Below are positions 33,792-42,361 of a DNA stretch of 42,361 bases, piece by piece (the stretch's first letter is position 1; every line of letters starts with the position of its first letter). The position numbers and the translations under genes were made by a program. Source of the DNA: Macrostomum lignano (taxonomy: Eukaryota); assembly GCA_002269645.1 (NCBI GenBank), contig NIVC01004548.1, forward strand, positions 1 through 42,361, read 5' to 3'. The notes beneath the pieces were generated by a model. That model was not told the DNA's origin. It worked only from the letters and a program-made list of their open reading frames with translations, and ran no database searches.

Positions 33792-35193
33792 TCAAACCAA
33801 AGTGCAAGCAACTCGGTCAGCCAGCAGCAGCAGCAGTGGCAGCAGCTGGCAGCCAGCTCCCAACCCGGCAATCGAGCGGCTTTCTTTGCTCGAAAAATCC
33901 GACGAAACCGTGACGCGAACCTTGGGCCGACGGGGGAAGTCGTCCGCTGAGCTCCCCTTCGCCTCCCGCGACCTGCGCAGCCTGTACTCGAACGGGGTGA
34001 GGCGGCGGACCCACACGTACGACAGCTGGTTCATCAAGTCCGTGTGGTACAGAACCCTGGGCGACTTTGTCTTTTTGAAGTTGCAATATGGCTCTGAGCA
34101 GGTGACGCAGGACTTCTCGTTGGCGGGACAAGTGCCGCAGTCGCCTTTAAAATACTGTCAGAGGTTGTTCATTGCTGCATTGAACACTGTGTCGTCTTAC
34201 GACAAAACTTTACCGTAAAAGTAACATATCTGACACAAGGCACACTGTAGTACAGAACAGGACGTAAAACTCAAGATCTTGTGTGATTTTTTGCGGCCAA
34301 TTTCTTGGAAAATGCACTGCGGAGATAGGAAAAAATTTTTCATCACAAAATCATGATTTCATTTGAACTGGCACAGTGAATATTATCATTTTTTATTTAA
34401 CATGCACAGCAGCTTTACTCTTTGGTATTTTATAGAGTTGTGACGTGACAGTTTCTCTTTCATATTGTTTTTTTTATTTCATAAGCGCAAAGCCGTAAGT
34501 ATTCACTAGCTTTTTTCATAAAATAAAAAAAAGATATGAAGATGAAACTTTGACTGCACAACTCTATAAATTACAACAAAATATCATGCTTCGCATGCTA
34601 ATTTTAAAGATTGGTAATCTTCGCTGCCCCAGACCAAATGCAATTATTTTGGTATTTGTTCAGGAAATTAGTCTCTAAAAATTAGACGATCCTTGAGTTT
34701 CAAGTCCTGTTAGTTATACTACAGTGGTCCTTCAGCTGAAATGCTATAAATTAGATCATCGTGATCGCGCAAATCGACATGACTCACCGTCGATTGCGCC
34801 GGCTGGGCGAAATTCGGGACCGGCCTGCTGACGTTCACGTACCAGCAGCTGAAGATGCCGACGGCGCAGTCGGCCTTGTTGGGCAAAGTCCAATGGGACA
34901 TTCCGTGCATTTCCACCTTGTGGCAGTGCATTGGCTTTAGATGGAGGCGACTGTCTGCTTGCCCTGGTTTACAATACGAGTACAGTAGTGCGAGTTAAAG
35001 AGATTGGATGCGTCAAAGTTGCTACTCGCATTGCTGCTTCAAAAAGTCCAGAAGCTAGAAACCTTTGGCTTCGACTGGGGCTCTAGTCTAGAAGCCCTGA
35101 AAAGTCAGTAGTCAGATATATACGCTTACCGGCGAGAAATACCAACAGCGTCAATGCCCAGAGCACTTGAAGTCGGTTGATGAATGAAGGCAT
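33792..35193 (-). CDS. Secreted/GPI-type Cys-rich protein, Ly6/uPAR (three-finger)-like, 3 exons, about 200 aa
   Basis: Exon 1 (35193-35130) reads MPSFINRLQVLWALTLLVFLA with a GTAAGC donor (phase 1). Exon 2 (34963-34788) reads GQADSRLHLKPMHCHK...ADCAVGIFSCWY...QST with a GTGAGT donor (phase 0). Exon 3 (34154-33792) reads YFKGDCGTCPANEKSCVTCSEPYCN...SIAGLGAGCQLLPLLLLLADRVACTLV*. There are eight Cys ending in CN and a hydrophobic C-terminal tail. Confidence 0.78.
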
Positions 35194-35318
35194 GCTTGAT
35201 TGCAGCTATTCTTTGTACTATGGCTTGAATGATTGGTCTGTAAACCTGGCTTGATTTGGAACTTTTATGCTGAAATTCTACGTCAGGCTCATTTAGGCAC
35301 TGGCTTTAAGTGCATGTA

Positions 35319-36331
35319 TACCTTTTTACGTTCTATTTGATAAAAACTGCAACCAATTTGGCCACGGCTCAGCCTGACCATAGACATAGAATTTTCCATA
35401 GACAGCCACCGCTAGCGGCAACCAATTTGGTAAAAACTGCGAGCTATTTTGCCAGCTTGAAGATAGCAGCTGCTCTGATGGCGAATCGTGGGCCGTACCA
35501 AAAGATAAGTCAGCTGGATCGAGAGCGAATCGTGAGAGCGTACAGGAGTGGCGACGACTGGGGAGAGCTTGGCAGAATGATGGGGATGAAGAAACCGACA
35601 GTGAGGAACATCGTGACCACGTATGAACGAACTGGTAGAGTTGGCACTCTGCCAAAAGGAGGAGTGAAGAGGATGGCGCTGACGGAGGCTATGGTGGACA
35701 CCATTGTTCAATTCGAACGAGCACTTCATGGAATTCCTCTCTGAGATCGATGTTCTGATGGAAGAGGAGTTTGTGCTACTGTCCGATGGGGCTCGCGCTC
35801 ACCTAGTTGTCCCTGGGATGTCTGAAGGTCATGCTCACCGATTCCTGCCTCCATACTCGCCGTTCATCAACCCGGCGGAGTACGCAGGCTCAGCGCTGAA
35901 GGCCAAGCTGAAAACGCAATTGCAATCACCTGCCATTCAGCGCGAGGTGGCAGATACTGGACTGGCTGCTGCAGCAGGTGCGACACTGCATCAGCACAGG
36001 ATACGCATTCTGAAGAGAGAAGTGCAGCAAGCACTGAACTGCATCACGCCTCTCAAGTGCCTGCGCTGGATCAACCATTCCCAGACGTACTTCAATCGGT
36101 GCTTGAATGCTGAGGACATAATGTTCTGACTTCGTGCATGTATTGTTAACATTCTTTATCGTTATTGTTATGCTATTGAGCTGCTATCTTCAAGCTGGCA
36201 AAATAGCTCGCAGTTTTTACCAAATTGGTTGCCGCTAGCGGTGGCTGTCTATGGAAAATTGCTGCGGCTGCGTCAGGCTGAGCCGTGGCCAAATTGGTTG
36301 CAGTTTTTATCAAATAGAACGTAAAAAGGAA
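35319..36331 (+). mobile_element. Internally deleted Tc1/IS630-superfamily DNA transposon with ~150-bp TIRs
   Basis: 35321-35473 is the reverse complement of ~36179-36329 apart from a short divergent patch, with TA on both sides (35317-18, 36332-33). An HTH-like N-terminus starts at ATG 35478 (MANRGPYQKISQLDRERIVRAY...TVRNIV). It is joined out of frame at ~35715 to a catalytic C-terminus (SDGARAH...FLPPYSPFINPAE) that stops at 36129. Confidence 0.9.
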
Positions 36332-36715
36332 TATTAAGTAGATGTCCGCCTTAGTCTATGAGCTAAACAGTAAAACAAACAAATCGTCAAACTAGATTGA
36401 CTCGTCGTGCTGATGAAAAAATGTTCTTTTGCGATTTGTTGACTTCTTTTGCCTGTGCCTTTTGCCTATCACAACTAATTAGAATGTTATATGTTTACTA
36501 CTGCAATTTCGGCATATAATTCGTATGCTTTATTATTCCAGTGAATATAATTATTTTTTCGACGAATCGTGAGTTAAAATAAAATCTCGCACACAAGCAG
36601 TATTCGATCTTATTTTTTCGGTGCCAATGTAAAGCCTCAGGGACAGTTGCATTCTAGCTTGTGTCAAGTCTTTGATTAATTTTGCTAGAATTTTCATCAT
36701 GTCTCTGTCTTCTGG

Positions 36716-36877
36716 CAGGGCTTCGCCACCGCGGGGGGGATAGGGGGGGGGGCACGTCTCCCCAAGTAAAAACCATGGGGGGATATTCCAAAGCCAAAAA
36801 ACACAGATTCCCCAAATAATGTGGGAATTGTTGGCTTTGTTCCCCCCGACACCATAAAATCCATGGAAACGCCTCTG
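36716..36877. mobile_element. 162-bp hAT-like MITE
   Basis: Termini CAGGG...CTCTG with imperfect inverted repeats, flanked by an 8-bp near-duplication: tcttctgg (36708-15) and tcttatgg (36878-85). Confidence 0.6.
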
Positions 36878-37824
36878 TCTTATGGAGTCATTAAGTAAAA
36901 TCCTTTTTACTTAATCCTTTTTATCCTCTTTTAAAATCCTTTTTATCCTCTGCAGTTTTTTTATAATTTGAAACTTCATTTAAAATTTGCTTTTCAAATT
37001 TGTCGCGCGGGAATCTGAACTTCACTTTCAACTCCTACATGTCACTTTGGGCTTGGCCCTATTATTCTCGTCAGGTCATAATTGTGTCTCTATAAATATT
37101 TTTTGAGGTTGCTAATTTAAAATTTAAAATTCATTTCTGTTTAGCTTCAACCCAAAAGTAGCCCAGAACCAACCGTTCCCGGGCATAATAGGAAATGGAG
37201 GAGTTTTGGATAGAGAGATTCATCATGGGGATCGATTTTACACATATAATCTTCAATGGAGGCATGGAGCTCTGTTGAATTTTAGGCATATCAATTACCC
37301 ACTGGTTTAAAGCCAACCACTGTGGTATGCTGCAGTCCACATAAAAAATGTTGTCTGAGCGCGCGATAACATTCAAATCTATTACTTTTCATGCTGCGTT
37401 TCATTTATGTGTGTAGTGAAGCTCAGCCTAATATTGTAAATACAAATTTATTTACAGTTAGCTTAATTTAACAGTCATTTTTCAACTTTTTTGACCGTGC
37501 TTTGTTAAATTGCAATGAATTCAAACGTCAGTTTAACTTGAAAGCGATCTTAACTCTCATTCCTAGATAAACCTTGAATATTCACAGTTTAACTAGGAAT
37601 TTAACCAGGAATCGGCTTCAATTTTTTTAGCGGGTCGGTAAAAACAAAAGGGAAGCACAAGTTGACACTTTGCAAACACAGAGGGTCATTTTTCATAGTT
37701 TTATACGTATATAAGGCTCCCAATCAGTCTCTGGCAAAAGTTAAAGAAATGGTGATTCAAAAATATTTGACGTACCTAAAGTTCAAGAAGTCCAATTCTT
37801 CATTGTCTATGGCCGTTAAGTCAG

Positions 37825-38912
37825 AATCATCGAGGCGCTCTTCTTTTTTCTTGATCAATCACTGATCAACCGCGAACTCCAGTGGTCCACACAGAGATTT
37901 CTCTATTCGATTTTCTTGTGCATGCATGGCATTGAATGCCGCCAATGCAACGCTGACCAGCGAGCCTGAATACCCATTTCATACAGCTGTGCTGACAGCT
38001 TGCTACTTGGTTGGAGCTCTGCAGATCGGCTTCTACGGTTTCTACATCCTGTTCATGGGCATGGACTCCGTGTTCAATGCCAGTCGCGCATTCGACTACG
38101 AGGACTTTGACTGCCAGAGGAAAGCGGTGCCGCAGGGCAGCGAAGAGCTGGAGAACAATGCCAACTCTAGGCGCGTCGGACCAGACGAGGCGACGGTAGC
38201 GACGACCGCCTCCGCCACTGCAACCGCCACCGCCTCCGCCACCGCTAACGAGGAGGCGTACGACAACAACAGCAACTACGGTGGCAAGAAAGTTGTCGAG
38301 GACGAACTGGTTCAGCAGCAGGATGAAACGGATGTTGGAGACGGCGATGGGGGAGCCGGCAGCAGCAGCAGCAGTCGCCGGCATGTCGGTCGGGCGAGCT
38401 CCAGACGCCTTGGCCGTAGCAGTGGAGGCAACGCCGCAATGGCAGTTCGAGGAGGTCGGGGCTTTGCGACCCGAGGCCCGCTATACCGCCTCATGCAGTC
38501 CTGCTCCTGCATGCTGGTCTACAAGTCCGACGATGAAGAGGATGAGGAGGATGATGATGGAAGCGGCTGCGGATTCGAAGATCAGGAGGAAACCGACGAC
38601 GAGAGCAGCAGCTATGATTCCGACTCGGACAGCTGCTCGGACAATGGCAGTAGCGGGCAAGGATCGAAGGACCGGGCTGATGGCGACGCGACGGCCACCG
38701 CGGCTGCAGTGGCGACTCCAGCCACTGCGGCCTCTGCTGCGCCTTGCCCTTCGGGCGGCCACATCAGCATCGAAAAAGGGCCGATTTTCGAAAGACGGCC
38801 TGTGCCAAGCGACATCCAAATGGTCGGCAGGCTCGGCATCAGCACCAGCGCAGCAGCCACTGCTGAGTTATTATCGCCCAGAGAGAAAGTTAAATTGGCG
38901 AACTCAAAGTAG
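37825..38912 (+). CDS. Terminal exon of an unidentified membrane protein with an acidic/Ala-Ser-rich low-complexity tail
   Basis: ORF 37926..38912 has a hydrophobic segment (AVLTACYLVGALQIGFYGFYILFMG), GC-rich coding-like composition and a D/E tract, and is followed by aataaa (~38991). An upstream hydrophobic frame (IIEALFFFLDQ...FLYSIFLCM) joins it if a 4-nt tgca duplication at ~37920 is removed. The family was not recognised. Confidence 0.5.
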
Positions 38913-39074
38913 AAAAAAACTGTTGGATAGTGACTTCTACATGTATGCGTAGCAACAGGCGTTGGCTCTCTCACTCGTGTTAACATAATCAATAAATAAA
39001 TACTCGATTGAACCCAATTTGGGCTCAGGTGTTTAGTTGATAATTTTATTCTCCGGTTCAGTCTAGGGGTTGTA

Positions 39075-39872
39075 ACCTAATGGTTCTGACTCACGATTTG
39101 AAGGTCTGGGAGGGGGGGGGGGTTGATTCCCGATTCCACTCGAACAATTGTGTCCTTGAGCAAGACACTTAACTCTGCTTCCTTTTTGTTTATTTTTTTT
39201 TGAATCCGTGCTCTTGCCACTATGCTCCAACTCGCTCTGGATAGATAGCAATGCTGCCTTTTTCTTCTCCGCGATACCAGGCGTCTTTGCTTTGTCAGCA
39301 AGACACGGATGGCGTATTACGATATTCACAAACTGCTCGTCGCTGGCATCATCAGTATCCATTTCAGATCAGTGCTTGCTAAGCTGTGTTTGCCATGCTG
39401 AGCTATGCGGCTATGCAACACTATACTTAGCTTCGATCGTTAGTGAGTGCTGCCGCTTCTCTTGCTGCTGCTGCAGCTCTGCCTGTCTATGGCTTTAAGC
39501 AGCCAGGCTGCTGCTCAAGCGGTTGAGCAATTACTCTGAGTCTGAGTTTTTTGTTTATTCATACTGAATTGTTGCATTTGCTCTGACTCTGAGTATTTAC
39601 TCAGCCTCGAGAAAATGCTCCAGCTCAGAGTGCGAGCATTTGCTCAAGAGCATTTGCTGATTTTATTCATACGGCCTATTGCTTCAGTTCACCCAGCTGT
39701 AAAATGGGTGCCAGCATTAGCTAGGGTGTGTGTGGCGACCCCCCAGTCCTTGGGCTGAACAGCCGTACGCAGCCTTCAGATGCGCCGCGCAATAGCTGCG
39801 GCTGAGCTGTCGGTTGCACATCTGCGAATTGGGGCAGGTGTAATTATTATTATTATATCAAAACATTCGGCC
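39075..39872 (+). mobile_element. tRNA-derived SINE-like element, copy 2, split by a 499-bp insertion
   Basis: 39100-39178 and 39678-39872 align contiguously to copy 1 (aactctgc|attgcttcag). A tRNA-like head gtaacctaatggttctgactc...ggttgattccc precedes the body. Confidence 0.75.
39179..39677 (-). mobile_element. Insert resembling one end of a PIF/Harbinger-type element with a truncated Myb/MADF-like ORF
   Basis: The segment is absent from SINE copy 1. Its minus-strand end reads aggccgtatgaataaaa, followed by repeated near-palindromic gagcatttgctc motifs. ORF from 39362 reads FVNIVIRHPCLADKAKTPGIAEKKKAALLSIQSEL, resembling MADF/Myb-SANT N-termini. The classification is inference. Confidence 0.4.
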
Positions 39873-41264
39873 AAAAGTCTCCTCAATCGCAACCGTGCTT
39901 CTTTATCGATCCATCTCACTTCAGGCTTGGCAACTCCGGATGCGATGAAAATTCACTTTTCCAGAATTAATCCGACCCAGTAACTAAAACAAATATTGCC
40001 AGCGAAGTAAAACTCTACTGGTTGCTTGTTTAATTGACATAGAGAAATAACATTCCAAAGGTGTAGGCTATATAAGTTTGTTGCCGTCATTAGTCCACAG
40101 CCCTTCTTACTTAGCCAACTAAATGGATGATTTTTACCTGCAGATAGCTGCAGTCCAGTTAGCAAATGATAAAGTTACTTGCGATGTGTTTAGCTAGATA
40201 TGGCGCCATCTTCAGTGTGAGAGGTGCAGATGTTTTGTTACTAGTAAGTTCTGTCCCTATTGACAGCCAATCCGTGAAGTGTACTTCCTGTGCACACTGC
40301 AAAAAGCTGTAGCTACAAGTGGTTTTAGAGCTTGACTCTCAGAATGCTTATCTATTCAATAGTTTAATTATTATATTCAGCATAAAAAACAAAGCGCATT
40401 CCCTTGCTTTCAAGACTCTGCCTTTCTCGAATTATGCCAGTATATTTTGCGAACTCGACTCGCTAAGAAGGTCTGCATTATGTAAGTTACGAGATACGTA
40501 TTTCCATCAGTGCTTAGCCTAATAATTCACTGATTGCACGTCAATCTGTGATAACTTACAACTTAGAATTTTTAATTTGCACCTTTGTCAGCTGGTTTCG
40601 TAGCACAGATAATAGAATACTGATAACTAGACATGTCACTCGCAATTAAAGTAATGGAAAAGTAGATTTACTCTTGTCTGCGCGGTTTCGCTTAAATTTG
40701 ACACGTTGTGACGTGTCTACTTAGTATATTACTGTATCTTTGTTAAGAGGTATTACAGTTGATATGTTATTTTTGACAAGTAGGCGCATATATCTCTAGA
40801 AAAAGCAATTAAAGTTATCTGCTAATGCCATGACTTAGAGTAAGGATCACTCTCTTGCGCGATACTGTGACTGAGACCAAAACGTTCTATCGAAAATTTG
40901 AACAAAACCTTAATTATCGTTCGAACGAATGTTGGGGCAGTGGAGATGCAGGGGCAAAGGGGGTGTTGGGGCAGAATGGTGTTAGGGTAGAGAGGGTGTT
41001 GGGGCGAAGGGGTGTTGAGGCAAAGTGGTTATTGGGGCAGAGGGGGTATTGGGCACAAAATTTTAGTTATAATAAGTGATAATTAATTTCGTCTTTAAAA
41101 TGAGTTAGCAGGAAAAATTGAAAATATTTAGTCAGTTTCACTCTGACCAATTGTCCTGTTGAAAGGCAGAAAAACTTATCCAAAATCAACTCTCTAAACT
41201 TGTGACGGCAAGCAATTCATACCTTTAACAAATCATTCTCTCCTTTCAGAAACTGGCGATCCCG

Positions 41265-42157
41265 ATGACTCGGCTGTTCTCAACGCTTAAGCTGGTGCTG
41301 TTGCTGGCATTCCTGGTTCTGCCATCGCAACCAGCTGCAGCTCAAACTCAACCGATACTTCCGCTTGATCAAGCCCGCAACTTTACCATCAGCTCTAAAC
41401 GTGCACTCGAAGTTCTTGTGAAATATACTCAGCCTGAAAATGAAACTGTAGCTCTTCGATTGGAGACGACCAGCTACTCGAATGCGTCGCTTCTTGTGGT
41501 CGTCAGGCAGCAACTGACACTGCACACCTGGTTGTTGCCATACACCTTTGTTGATGTGAGCAGCACTGGCGAACAGAGCGCTGTAGAGAGATTCCAGTCG
41601 GTGACCAGGACCATCTGCCCACCGCATTTGAGTCCTCAGACACCTGATCAGCAGCAGCAGCAGCAGCAGCAGGTGTATCTGCGGGTGACTACCGAGTCGG
41701 CTGCGCCCATCACTGTGGGTGCCAGAGCTCAACTCGCTTCGAATTTCCGACTGTCGCTTGGAGAGCCGGTTCAGGTTCTGCTGCAGCCGTCCGGTCCGCA
41801 GCTCTTCTTCTTCGACTTCGACTCAGGCCGAGCAAACTTCACGGAACTGAGAGCCGTCCGCATTCTGGTCGAGTCGAACGACTCCGCATGCGGTTTGGTG
41901 TCCGTGGCAGAGAAGCCGCTGCCGCCCTGATCAGGTGCCGCCGTCCGTGCTCCAGCGAGGCTTCAGACAGACGCTGCTGTCCAGCTCCGTCATCTTGATG
42001 AGGCGTGACGAGTTTAACTCCAGCTTCCTTGTGGTGCTGACGGCGTTTCCGGACAACCGAAACTGCCTTGCCAACTGGGAGCAGGAGCGGCGACAGCGGT
42101 TTCCCAGCAAGAGCGTCACGATCAAGGTTGAGCAGATCGCCATGCCCGACTCGCAGA
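41265..42157 (+). CDS. SIDT: First coding exon of a SID-1/SIDT-family transmembrane protein (3'-partial)
   Basis: A signal peptide is followed by LLVVVRQQ, VTRTICP, FRLSLGEP, PQLFFFDF, CGLVSV, GFRQTL..SVILMRRDEF, FLVVL..PDNRNC and KSVTIKV. These parallel SIDT ectodomain motifs (LFVVRQK, VERTLC, PQYFKY, CSVISI, GMYQTMTKKAAITVQRKDF, FYVVVVVKTEDQAC). One extra C at ~41927 splits the two track ORFs. The probable donor is at 42158. Confidence 0.85.
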
Positions 42158-42361
42158 GTGGGCACTTGTTGGTTTGACTTTTCTTTTAGGCGTTATAGAC
42201 TGCGCTGTGGCGATTACTTGTGGCTATTATTTTTTATGATCAAAAGCTGCAAACTTACTATTTTGAGCATATTGGCTTTTGTATCTTTCTACTTCTCTGT
42301 GATAAGTTTCGCTCTTTCCTTCGTTGTTTGCTTCTTTGGTTTTTCAAAAAGCTACTCTGTT

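Overview
This window is eukaryotic (animal) genomic DNA with spliceosomal introns, not prokaryotic. GC-rich exons, minisatellite-filled introns and the gene content suggest a free-living flatworm such as Macrostomum; this is an inference, not proven. I assembled 12 gene models by hand: a partial ARM/HEAT-like gene; four tandem minus-strand DNAJB6-type J-domain genes; a secreted GH3 beta-xylosidase; an intronless-CDS prominin; a nicotinic acetylcholine receptor alpha subunit; a 4-exon L-rhamnonate dehydratase with a GC-AG intron; a 3-exon Ly6/three-finger-like GPI-type gene that the ORF track misses; a poorly resolved membrane protein; and the 5' part of a SID-1/SIDT gene. Mobile DNA includes an internally deleted Tc1/IS630-like transposon, two copies of a tRNA-derived SINE (one interrupted by a 499-bp insert) and a small hAT-like MITE. 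About ten minisatellite arrays explain most of the long repetitive ORFs in the track. The best candidate for something new is the J-protein quartet. All four share one intron position, but the Hsp70-activating HPD motif reads HPA, HPE, HPD and HPS across them. The HPS paralog has a tail of about 16 His/Asp/Met repeats. Its intron contains ten tandem copies of its own 3' splice site: nine lead to a stop codon and one is in frame. Several genes carry single-base frameshifts that look like long-read assembly errors.
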